Of a stretch of DNA of 64,000 nt, positions 11,500-23,597 are shown piece after piece. The position numbers and the translations under genes are program-made. A model generated the notes under the pieces. That model was not told the DNA's origin. It did no database searches and saw only the letters and a list, made by a program, of their open reading frames with translations. The DNA is from Oikopleura dioica (Eukaryota > Animalia > Chordata), in the NCBI GenBank assembly GCA_907165135.1, contig OU015568.1, positions 10,230,001 through 10,294,000 of the forward strand, written 5' to 3'. Within the stretch, counting starts at the first letter, position 1; each line of letters opens with the position of its first letter.

Positions 11500-14400
11500 C
11501 GGAACCCGGCTCGCTGATAAGGATTCCCTCTCCACCGGAATGCGCCATGTTCGGCCTCTTGTTGCGAACCCTACACGAGCCTCTTGTCCAGCTGATATGC
11601 GCCCTTTTCCGTTTGAAACAAAAGTCTAAATATTGCCCCGATTTTCCTGCTGTAAATAAAATATTGTCGTTCTCAGCTTTATTCTGCCCAGGAAGTGAAT
11701 AATGGAAAGAAACAAACTTGGAAAGTCCGGTTCGGCTCTTCCTCTCCCGGTGCCGTAGCTAAACAGCGCAATTATTCTCCCCTTTGATGCGAGCGGAAGC
11801 GACCCTTTTTGCGCTACCGAGACGCAGCCAAAACCGGAAATTGTCGCGGCCCAATCTCGGTATTTTACCTTTTTCTTCTCCAGCGAAGGCTTTTTGATAA
11901 GTACTAATCTAAAAGAACCCAATATGAATTAAATTACAATAAGTTCTTTCGTTAGGAAACTTATAAGTTATAACTTATAGTAGGTAGTTTCCGTCAATGT
12001 TAATAGACATCAACTGAGTTGATAGAGCGATCATCATATAAATTGATAGAGCGAAGAAATAGGGGTGGATTCAAAAGGAAGAAGTGAGAACTCCGGAAGG
12101 CCCGTTGCGATTTGCGCCTCGCTTTATAGCTACCGCGGCGGAAATTTGCTGACTTTTTTTGGCTTCTTCATATTTCCCTGCTCTTCGTGCCCTTTGTAGT
12201 AACGAATCGCTTCTCGGTGGGATTTCTTCTTCTGGCGTCGAGAGGAAGTAGGTTCGGAAGTGAGCTGCTTCCTAGTCAGCAGCACCGCGATTGAGTTATT
12301 TGGCTTCCAGAGTGTAAAAACCGAAGCCAGGAAATGGGGTAGAAGCGATTTCCTTTCCGACGGGTGTTACCCGCCGGTCGGGCAAAGGCAGTTCCGAGAG
12401 AATGGAGGGAACGGGATTTCCAGTTCTCAACTAGTGCCAGTGCCTGATCCACAAGGGGTTAAAGCACACTTCAAGACTCAACAAGCAGAAATAGATTTGA
12501 CTGCATTGTGATTTTGAGGATTTTTCATCACTCTTTTTTTACTATCATTTTTATGCTACCAAACTTATAATAGATTTTTCTTTGTCGAATAAATAATAAT
12601 CTTTATTTATTAAAATTCAAAAATAAGCCGGATAATTCGGATCACCTCTCCGGAAATCAATTCCTTTTCAGGAAATACGAACCAGCGCATGATTTTCATA
12701 TGAGGCAGTAGTCATGAATGGCAGGGTGTCTTATTCGGATTTTTACTTCCGGGATGATTGAGACCCAGACTGTCCCGGATTAATCAAAAATTCAAACTGT
12801 ACAGCCGGAGTCGATATTTAGTCTATATTTAGAATGAAAACGGAGGTGCAAAGATCCAAGTCCGGTCGATTCACTGAAGGGATCCATCCTCGGGGTTGCC
12901 GCAGTCACGGTGGCGCCCGTTCGCGCTCTAGCCCAGCGCTGGCCCCTAACGCGCAGGAGAGCTCCAGCACATCGTTCGCGCCAGCCGGATAAACCACCAA
13001 CACACTCACAAAGCTTCATTCACAAAAAGTAAAAAGTTAAACAAATACATCTGCATATTTTCCATCGACAGAGATTGACCTCTTGACAAGAAGGAAAAAA
13101 GAGATTTAGGAAGAAAAGAAGCGACCAGACGGTTCGTCGCGCCGGATAGGAGCCGGAAAATTTCACGCTGAAGAAAGAAGATGGAAGTGATCAAGATCGA
13201 GACGCCAGGGGCTGATGCTACTAAGACAAACCCTTTGGCCACCTTCGAAGCTAGCCAGCTGATCCCAACTGTGATGCCAGTCGCAGCGCCATGTTCTACC
13301 CCGTCGCCACCATCGCCGAAGCCTGCACCCGCTGTTTCCGCCGCATCAATCCCGTCGTACGAAGCAAAAGGTAATTAAAACTAACAACGGTAATTTCTGG
13401 AGCTCTTCTCCAGCGGAAGAGGTCTTGGAATCAGCACAATGCCACTCTGCGGGGCCCTTCATTTTTGCGAAAAACAAAAACGCCGCCGCCGCGACACGGA
13501 AGTCCGCTCGTCGACAGTAAAAACTTGTCAACGAGGCGATTTCCGGGACGTTGAATAGACCAGTTCCGTCGGACACGCAACGGCAGTGCTCGGGACAGAG
13601 CTTGCTTTGTGAGGTCTGTTGCTTGTGGCCAGATAGCGGAGTTTTCTCAAGTGTTTTTTTTCATTTCAATTTTATCATTTGATGATTCGTCAATCAAGAT
13701 TATTTTAAGAATATTAAAGATTTTTCCATTTATTAATTTTTCTACTTGTACTATCTATCTGGTCAAAAGGTGAATTTGACAAAGAATTAACAATAAAATA
13801 AGGGTATCCTAATCTTATTTTAGTTCTTTCTGCAGAATAGCATGAATAATGTCGGATTTTTATTTGTCTTCGAGAGTAACACGTGATAGGGGTTATAGTT
13901 GCCGGGGAGCTGCTTTTGATAGATTCCGGAACTGGGCTGATTCCCATTGTCAGCCGGCTTGTATCCGGGGTGAAGCTCTCGCGGATGGAGTGAATATTTA
14001 TGCGCCTTTCCGGGATGTTGAATAATCTATCGAGTCCACGACTACTCTCATGTCTCGCCCTGCATCTTTTATGCCTTCCCTATCTTTTCAGATGTAATCA
14101 TGGAATCAGAATGCAAACAAAGTCGGATTTCCGAGTTGCATTTTTCACAAGCTTCCAGGCTGAATTTGAAAGTTGAATTGATAACGAAGGTGTACGCTAA
14201 TCGGAAGACTTTAATAAGCGATTATGGTCGGAGTCAGCTGATCGGGGCTGGACTTGAAAATTTGTCCCGATCAGCTGGAGATTAGTTTATTGGAATTTCT
14301 CCAATTCTTTCGAAAAGGACTGAATACGTCCGCTCGTCGGTGGTGCTGGCTGACATTATCCGCCGCGCCAATCTGATTAAAGTTATCTTTCGCGCAGCAT

Positions 14401-17400
14401 CCGCTATTAACTTATCAGTAGTACGGATATCCGGCAATACATACCTCCCGGTAGCAGCGGCAGCCGCACTACCGGCCGAAGGACTCAAGCTTCTATCCTT
14501 CGGATTGTTGTCTTTTTTTTAAGAAATTTAAGTTGATATTACACATTTATGCATTAATCGAACCCATGACTGAGCCTATTTGAATTGTCATATTTTTATC
14601 GGATTAAAATGTGCAATTCTTTCACAACCTTATTCAAAGTAGCTCCGCTAGGAAGTTCAACATGTCATGCGGCAGTAGACGATGATCCGGTGTGCGCTGA
14701 GAATATTCCGGAATTTTATCCTCCACCGGGTCTATTTTTAGGGAGCATAATTGAATCTCCGATAGATATGGATTTCACGGAAATACTTCCTGTTTCAATT
14801 TTTCACCCAAAAAAAAGGAGATTGACTTTTTATAGTTCCTCGAAAAGCTCCTCCGCTCTCGCACTTTTATTTTCGCAAATTACCATTTCCGAAAAGCACT
14901 TCCTCTGACGTCTCAAAAAGTCAAATTTCTCCGGATCTGGGCTCGTAAAGTGTCAAAATATAATTTATCAATTTCGCGTGGCAGACTCACACTAAACGTC
15001 AGAACACCTAACTGGGAAAGAAGGGTGCCCGGATGGCCCCTTCCGGCGCTGGTTTGCTCGATTCCGGGTGGAGGAGACAAATTATGACCGGAAGGGACGG
15101 CTTTTATTGCGGGCTGCGTTTATGCAACGCCACAAATATATTCCGGCTCCATTTCCGGGCCCTGCCTGAGTACATCCAGATCTAATCATCCTTCTGACTA
15201 AACTTCCGGCGGCGACGCTAATCGACTGGGATTCATCACTACATCGTACCAGAAACTCACCGGAAATCTCATACGGTAAACATGTTATCATTTTTGCTCG
15301 ATTCAGAAAGCAACATCAGTCCCTGTTTTTATTTGAGAATGACCTTGAGCCTTTTCAATCGAGGACCAAAGGCTTCGAAAGACAGGGGTCATTAGTTCAG
15401 GATGGATGGGTGTGGAGGTTTCGCTCAATCAGCAACGGAAGTGGCTGACTCCAAAAGGACCTTACCGCCTTCGAGAGGCCACTTGTCCTGCTCACGTGAC
15501 TGCCCATGGAGAGGTGTTAAAGACAACTTCCGGGAGGCGTGATTAAAACGTGTTCAGCTTTCGCTAAGAGATATCTCGGAAATCCGCTGGCCACTCCGAT
15601 AGCCGAGGCCTAAGCCATCCCCGAAAGGTGCTTGAGCGCAAGCCAAAATCTCGGTCGAAAACACCTTGACCAGGAAATGGAAAAATTAGATAAAAAGGGG
15701 CGCAATTAAGCGGCTTTATCAGCCCGCTGCGTGTTGCGGGTGGGTTAACCTGCTGCTGCGATGCGCCTTTTGAACAATTCAATCTGCGCGAGCTTAGTTC
15801 TGACGGAAATCCGTGTCTTACCGTACGAGTTTCCGAGAAAGGGATTTGTTATCGACGGAAGCGCAACCGGTAACTCCGTACAAGAGCTTTTTCTGTGTCA
15901 TCAGACACCTTTTCTCACGCGCCAACCTATTGAATAAAGACAGGAACAGCACTTCCCTTTTCAAAGTTAAACAAGTAGTCTTTGTTAAAGTCAGGATTTA
16001 CTACTTCCACAGGGGGTAGTTTATTTTCCAAGGCAGGATATGGAACAGACCCTGGGCGGATGAAACATGGCCTTGATGTTTTAACTTCAAAATACAGTTT
16101 TAAGGATAAAAACCTTACTGTCAGTTATTTTTTTTTGTTTTACGTGTGACTTGGAACAATGCTGGGGAGTCTGTGATTACGCTCGAGCTTTTTTTTCGAA
16201 TCCATCATCAGAGCTCCCTTTCATTTTTTTCCAGTCAGCCAAATTTCGCCGGTGCTCGTTTGATGTACGTCGCCCCGGTCTAAATTATTCAAACCTTCTT
16301 CCTCCGGATGCGCGCCGTTGGCATTGACCATGAGCTGCGGCCCTTTTGATCAAGCAAAAAAAGATTGGTCCGGTTTTCATAAAGCTTTCCCCGTTGTCGA
16401 GGATTTTCGCTAATCTTTATGGTTCTTGAGCCGACTTCCGTGAGGAAATCGGCTTATTTACTCGCCGCTGCGATAAGAAATTTGGAGGATTCGCACAAAC
16501 ACCTTCAACATTTTTTCTCTGGTGGTGCTTGAGCGATAGGTAGATAAAATCAGCGGCACCGGAAGGAAACTAAATTCCGCTAATACACCCTCCAGCTACA
16601 GGGGGTGTTTTCTTCGCAGAGGTGTAAGTCTCCCGCTGAGTAACTGATAAGGTTTAGGGCTGATTATGGGTTTAGTATTTGCAGGGCTCGTTGATGTTTT
16701 GTAAATCAAAGTCATTTTTTACTGATTACTGATTACTGGGTTTGCTACTGATAAAAAATTCATAGTACCGGCGTCAGAGAGGATTTATATCCTGCCGAGA
16801 TTGGATGATAACGCCGTGCTCTGAGGATACTAGTGATCTGAAGAAGCAACCACATGGTGGTGCTGACGGTGCCACCGGGCGCCCGCGATAACGCCCGTCC
16901 GAGTTCCGGTGTTGACTTCCTGCCACTTGTCACTTGTTAATACCCGACGTCCCTCGTTATCGCAAAGGTGCTAGGGTGGCTTCACTCGCGAAGCCTTTCA
17001 CTTCCTTCCGCCGTCAGATTTTATCTCGAAATTAGGCTGAATTTCAACTTCGCGCAACTTTAAATATTTCTAACTCGGAGGAGCATTATCTTTTCGCTAA
17101 ACGACAGCAATTTATAAATCGCCAAAAAACACATTCCCGGGGAAAATACAGGCTTCCAAAATTACTGTTTTGAGGATGAGGGAACGTACTAAAACTCACA
17201 CGAAAAACATCCTGGTGAAAATTGGTGGGGCGGAGGTGGTGGTGCTCGTCGGCACTGATCTGAATCTCGCACCTGTTGCGGAAGTAGAGGAAGGAAGTGA
17301 CCCGCCAATCCTTCTATTAGTTTAGGGCAGCGACTATCTCCGGCGGTGGGTAGTGCCAGCACCACCACGACGGTTTTTATCTCACCCGGGATTCCCGTGT

Positions 17401-17620
17401 CAAAGTCCTTCCGCTTGAGGCACTAATTCCGCCCAGAATCGCTCCGGATGAAGCGCCGAGCTCATTATGCTGATAACTTTTCTAAACTGCTATTCAAGCT
17501 TCTTATCAATGTCCGGTAGATAGAATCATAATTATAGTCTTTTGGGCCCTCAGAATTGTGCTTATTCTTTCCTCTTCACTTCCACCTAACTTACATTTTA
17601 CAGCAACATAAATATAATTT
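11500..17620. promoter_or_regulatory. Upstream region and first intron of the Elk gene, dense in ETS (CCGGAA/ACTTCC) and GATA motifs
   Basis: Examples: ACCGGAAAT 11833 and 15259; ACTTCCGG 12745, 15202 and 15526; ACCGGAAGG 16558; GCGGAAGT 17278; interspersed GATAA/TTATC. Enrichment judged by eye only. Confidence 0.55.
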
Positions 17621-18487
17621 TCAGGTTTCGATGTGAATATCACGCTCTGGCAATTTCTCCTCGAGCTTCTCATGGATTCAAACTCGAAGCATCTTATCTC
17701 TTGGACTTCAACGGATGGAGAGTTCAAACTGCACAGGTCTGAGGAAGTTGCTCGACTCTGGGGATTGAGGAAAAACAAGACGAATATGAACTACGACAAG
17801 CTCAGCCGGGCGTTACGCTACTACTACGACAAAAACATAATCCAGAAAGTCAACGGCCAAAAATTTGTCTACCGTTTTGTCCAATTTCCGGATAACTTCA
17901 ATATGGCTGACATTGAGCTAGGCGATCATGCGAGTGTGACTCCGAGAATCAGCCCCAGCATTTCTCCTCGAACAACTCCGGTTTCGACAACAACTACGAC
18001 ATCATCCACGACGAAGCGACCTCGACCAACTTTTTCGCCAAGCTCTGCTTCGTCCGTTAGCCCAACCAGTTCCGGCACTGGTTCATCGACTAAAGAGCCG
18101 AGTTCGCAGATGGAAGCAATGGTTAGCCACCATCAGAGCATCCTTCGCCAGTACAATGAGCTTCTGCACAGCTATCAACTACAGTGTTTGATTCACCAAG
18201 CATCTGTCGAATACCTGACCAAACAAAATCAAGCTACGACTACTCCTCCTGTCTCCTTGCCAGCATTTCCGAAGTTGCCACTTGATGGAACACCATCTCC
18301 ACTTGATTGGCTTCCTGCAGTTGACCCATCGCTTGCCCTCCCTCCACCACCAAGTATGATCGAAGCAGTTGTTCCCACAAACACAAGCTCCACTCCTGCA
18401 GCAAGCGGCAACAAACGAAAAAGAAGTTCCGACAGCGATCAACCATTGGACTTATCGAAGCCCAAAGTAGCGAAGACAACGTCATGA
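13181..18487 (+). CDS. ELK: ETS-domain ternary complex factor (Elk1/3/4-like); exon 13181-13370 spliced to 17625-18487
   Basis: ETS domain [11 protein letters not shown]...[28 protein letters not shown]. Phase-1 donor AAG|GTAATT at 13370 matches phase-1 acceptor TTTCAG| at 17624, giving [13 protein letters not shown]-terminal PLDLS motif. Confidence 0.88.
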
Positions 18488-19108
18488 TTATTTCTTATCC
18501 CTTCTTACACGTTATTTTTCTTTGTTCAACTCTCTTCAAGTTTGTGTTAATATTATAAAAAGCAATAAAATTCAATAAAAATATCTCTATCTTTTCCACA
18601 AATATAAAGAATGGCATATAAATAGAATTAATTACTAATAACGTAGCTTCCGAGTGAGACTGCTTTGAGGAAGTTCACCGGAACTTACGCAGGCGTTTGA
18701 AGTATTGAGTGAGCGAGAGGAAGTGACTATGGCGTAGTCGGCGAATTCCCAGTTAGCGAGGATATCCGTCTGATCTCCCTGACTTTCCGTCGTCGGGTGC
18801 TCTTCTGATGACCTGGGAACCATGATCTCCGTCGCGGATCTCAGACGGTAGTGGATTAATTATATCTCCGGTTTTTATCTCCGGTTTATTGAAATGAATT
18901 AGTGGAGGAAACGAGTTCGTTATTGAATATCAGCATGAAAATGTCTCATATTAAATGTAGGTCAATTATCATTTTTTTGATACCAGAGAGTAACTACATC
19001 TTAACTGCTAAAGATAGTGTTTAGATATTAAAATAAAATCCGTATGAATACATAGAGGAGTCATCTGTCGAAAATTTTTTTCTCTACCAAGACATCATAT
19101 ATTTGACG

Positions 19109-20846
19109 TTATAAAGAAGGCTTCATGTGAACAAAAATATCAGCGAATTCTTCTGGCAGTCCTTCGTGAGGATTGTTCTTAAAATTCTTCCAAGAGAATT
19201 TAGGGAGACCATGCGAAAGAGTCGGACCGGAAAGTGCCCATGACTCCATAGAAAGAGCTTTTTCATATGTTGTGGCCTTCGTATCGTAGCATCCGCTCGG
19301 CGATGGCTCGGAAGCCAAATCACCTCGAGAGCAAATTGCTTTCCAAGGATCACCGTTCGCAAACTCGTCGTTGAGGTAATCATTATACCGTAGAATATCT
19401 TGGAACTCTTGGAACTTATTAACGTTGCCAGCATCTCGTCGGAAAATTTTAGCACGAGGAGCGAGCTAAAAAAATATTTTCAACAGAAGAGTTTTTATGA
19501 AATAACCTCGTAAGATTTTTCTGGGCCGAATTGAGCCGCAGCAGCTGCATTGCCAGAGATATTGTAAATCTCAGGGTAGAAAGGAACATTGTAGCTTGGC
19601 CAGTAACCGCCCATTCGAAGATAGTCGGTTTGATCTCCGGCTCCAACGTGGCCAGGCATCTGCTCAATTACCCAGAGAAGATCGTCAGCGAGAGGCTCGT
19701 TGGGTTTGAAAAGATTGTTGTTGATGATCATGTACTGGTTGTTGTATGTTCCAGAGTTGTATCGCATTGAGTAATCAGCCCATTCTTTGCCCGATGTAGC
19801 CATGTGGTTGGCGACGCGAACTCGCTGCCAAGAGAGAAGACTCTCTGGTGTAACAAGATCATAAAGAGAAGAGTTCAGACAGTTGATCGTCGTCTGAAGC
19901 ATGACAAGTCCAGAGGATAAAACATAGAAGTCATCCAAAGACTCCAAGTATCCAGCATAGCTGCTAAAGCTCATCGATGTTGCGGCAATAGAAGGTTCAT
20001 TCGTGTCGAATGTGTAGTGCTTGAAGATTCTGTTAGTTGCAGAATAAGTGAACCAAGAAGAGTGTCCCATGAACATGTCCTCGAAGCCAGGTGTAACGCG
20101 AACGAGAGCAGAACAGTGGCCAGATTTTTGCTCCAAGCGGGTGAGCTGCTCCTCCGTCATGTCGTTCAAGTCCGGCCTACTCTTCGGAAACAGAGCTCGT
20201 TCGAGATCGATGAGATCGCCGATTCCGTTCAGCATCGTGACATCCCAGCGAGTAATGGTTGGGTCGACTAATTGAACTCCCGCGTGGAGACCCTCGAACT
20301 GTTGCATGACATTCGCCACATTCAGCCAGTACGGATCCTTCATGTTATATTCTGATGTATTTCGAGCCCAGGCAGCTTGATCTTCAAAGAATTTCTGGAG
20401 AACCGGGAGTTTTTCTTCACTGAAGTTCCAATACGCTTCCATATTTCGAGCATTTTGCTTGATACGCTCTGCAGTGAAGTACCCCTCTAAAAGACCCGCG
20501 GCCCAAAAGACGGTTGATGGAAATTCGCCGGCTTTCGTGGAGTGAGCATGGATGTTCAAGACACCCTTGTAGGGTTAAAATCGTTTTAGAAATAAAGATG
20601 TCTTTCTATGTAAAAGTCTTTAACCCTTTCCCATCCGGTTGTATTGAGAGTATCATCATAAGTCCCATAAGCAATAGCAGTTTTGTCCAAAACTCCGCTT
20701 TTGACCGTCAATCCATCGACAGTTTGCACGACTGATGCGCAGTTATCGCAGTCGCTGAATTCTGGGTAAGAAGAAAAGTCCGTTTTCTCTTGAAATTTTA
20801 GCTTCGCTGCCTGTAAGCAGCCCAGTAAAAGGGTGAACGTCCTCAT
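19109..20846 (-). CDS. PLBD1: Phospholipase B-like 1 (Ntn-hydrolase)
   Basis: Signal peptide MRTFTLLLGCLQAA; AYGTYDDTLNTTGW; GHCSALVRVTPGFEDMFMGHSSWFTY; YNSGTYNNQYM; YWPSYNVPFY; RYNDY; GCYDTK. Confidence 0.92.
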
Positions 20847-21351
20847 TTCTCAAATAGACTTCTTGACTGAAATTAAAAAAGTTGAACTGTTTTGGTGGGA
20901 ACTAGACAGCTGAAGTAGCAATTTTCGTTTGTTATGTCTACTCTGCTCTATTTTGAATTTTTCTCGTATATCATAATATGATCGTTAAAAGTTACTGATA
21001 AAATCGCCAGAATTTTCTATCAACTATCAACGCGCAACGATTGGTGAGCAAATAACCGCGCCATATTCGAAACCGCGGTTCACTAGGGTTCGAAATTCGA
21101 ATTTAAAATCATAAAATGTGACGATGTTAGGCCTTGCATCCGGAAAATTGTGTTCTACATTGACTGGATCAGATAAGGTGCATCATACTAAATCACCCAC
21201 ATCTGGCAAGTTTGATACCCCGCTGCGGTGCCACTTGATGATGCTCAAGCTAACGGGAGCTATAAAATCTCGCTTTTTGGACGTCATAGTAAGAAAAAAC
21301 CTAATTCCTTATCCAAAGATAAGAAATAATAGAACTTTTATTAAGAAAATC

Positions 21352-21567
21352 ATGGAGAAAAACTCTATTCTTGGCAGCTTTCTTTCTGTCGATCATGTGA
21401 ACAAGCAAGGCAAAAAATCCTCGATCAGACGGAGAATGTCCCTCAAAGGAATAAAGAAGATCTTCAAGAAAAAGACTGGACCTCCAAAAGTGGAAATTCG
21501 ACGAGCATTTCGGCGCCGATCGTCCATGAGATCCATCGAGTTCTGGGAAGAATCCATCATAGCTTAA
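21352..21567 (+). CDS. Small basic hypothetical protein (71 aa)
   Basis: ATG in AATCATGG context; K/R-rich ORF (KKSSIRRRMSLKGIKKIFKKK, RRAFRRRSS); AATAAA about 60 nt downstream; no recognisable domain. Confidence 0.4.
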   Translation: MEKNSILGSFLSVDHVNKQGKKSSIRRRMSLKGIKKIFKKKTGPPKVEIRRAFRRRSSMRSIEFWEESIIA

Positions 21568-22018
21568 ATCTCTTCCATGTTTCGATAGATTTTCTAGAGC
21601 TATTTACAAGTTGACAGTAATTTTGAATAAAAACTTGATTCATTTCAATGAGAGTTTTCCTTCTTTTCATTGCGGCTGTTCTGGCTGAAACCACCTCCAC
21701 CTCAGATGCTCCCAATGCGAATGAGATTCTCGTAAGTTTCTTCTTTTATAATTCTTACGAGTCAATATTTCCCAGGCGATGCAATTGAAGTTCGAATATG
21801 TCACACGATTCTGGGACCGCGTCTGGCAATGCCTCGCACCACTGATAATTTTGGCGCTTTTGAACTTCATCAAGAAGAGTCTTTAGACAACCAAAAATGC
21901 ATATTTCTTTCTATCTAATAAATGATTTTTTTCATGGCTTTATTGTTTAGTAAAATTTATTTGCAGGGAACATGATATTTTTGAGCTGTACAGTTAGTTA
22001 CAATTAATTGTTTAAACT

Positions 22019-23080
22019 TTATAGTTTTGGGATGTAGCTGTGAGGATTTCCCTCTTGACTGACAACGACAGTTCCGCCGTTTTCTTGGCAAATTCCTTGC
22101 TTTTTGATTTTGTAAGTGAAGACGTTGTCTGCAGCTTCATCTCTATTGGTAAAATCTCAATGAGTATCTAATTAATTAGAAAGCAGACTTACCTTTCTTC
22201 GCAACAGTCGGTTCCTGCAGGATTGTATGGGATTCTATTCGGATAGATTCCGCAGCATTTATCTCTCGGGAGGGCGTCGTGCTTCATTCCGGTGTCGTCT
22301 TTGAGAGTAAGAGGGCAAACGTAATCTCCACCACCGTTGGCAGTTCGATACTCTTCATTGATGCAGTACGCTTTGCCGCCTTTGTCTTCAGAACCATTCT
22401 GAAAGTCATCATAAATATGGTTAATCGACTAAATATTCTTACGTCGCATTGATCCTGGTTAAACTTGATTGCCTCAGCGAAGGCAGCATCGCATCGGCAA
22501 GCATTCTCGCCGTCACTTTTTGCATTATCCGCGCATTCGATGACTCTGTTTCCTTCAGCATCAGTCTTGAACACGGCTTGGTAGGAGATTTCATGGTAAG
22601 TGCTTCCGTAGTCATTTTTAATGCAGTTGTAGCATCTGAAATGAATAAAGATGAAGGTTAAATAAATTTTCTTACTGGTATAAGCGTGTGCAAGCTCTAT
22701 CGTTCCAGTCGACATTTCCGGAACCAGCCGAGAAGGCTGTGATTTTATGAGCGCCGTTTCTCCAGCAGTAGCAGCCATAGTTTGTGTATTTTTTCTCAAT
22801 ATCTGCAAGTGTTGCTTCCATGTTTTGTGTTGATGGATCGACGTTGTCTGCTCCTTCCCCTTGCAAGTAAGCGATCATCGCTGCAATTGCTGAAAAATCC
22901 GATCTCTCGGACTGTCGACGATGTCGACCAGCAGCGATGTATTTGTCGACCCATTCGCCCGAAACGCTCCTCGTGATTTCTGGACCTTTGAATGATGCTG
23001 AAACACAGGCGAGAAGAGATAGGGAAATTTTCTAAAAATCTATGGTCAGTTTAAAGTATTTTTCAATTAATTCTTACCAT
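22019..23080 (-). CDS. Secreted phospholipase A2-like protein, predicted catalytically inactive
   Basis: M|KISLSLLACVSA signal peptide; YGCYCW; VDWNDRACTRLY|QCYNC in place of DRCCxxHDxCY; ACRCDAAFA; KCCGIYPNRIPY. Confidence 0.8.
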
Positions 23081-23597
23081 CTTTTAGTTTCTTCTCAGTT
23101 AAACTTTTCGAGTTATCTTGGTTTCACGCTCCAACATCGCGCTTATAAACTGGGATGCGCTACATGTGTCGCCCGGAATTGCGCCACCGTACTCGACTGA
23201 TAAGATAAAGGAAAACGTGCAAGGGTGCTGATATCACTATATTATAGAATTAAGGGGAAAGGATTAGAGTAAGATTAAAGTTCGACGGTTTAGACAACAA
23301 ACTTTCACAACGAGTTTTTAAAATACAGTTACCTCCGACAGTTACGCCCTTGTACTAGTGTTACAAGAGTCTTGTTTTTGAAACTGTCGAAGCTTCTTTT
23401 CCTTGGGTGTTTTGAGGAGTTCCCTCTCGTACGAGTAGTTTATCTATTTACGAAGTGATCTTAAATGTCAAATCAGAAGAAATCTCTATTTGAAACTTTT
23501 ATATTCTATTTGCTTTGGTAACAAGTAAGCTCTTCTGCTTGGAATTTAAAGGACACGTGCGAAACATTCTGACAAAAAAAAAGAGAACTTTTTCAAT

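Noticed and set aside
10540-11700. Several ORFs, including an integrase-like DRGNQISSKFF string
   Set aside because: No other integrase, RT or LTR features, the frames are interrupted, and the match is short enough to be chance.
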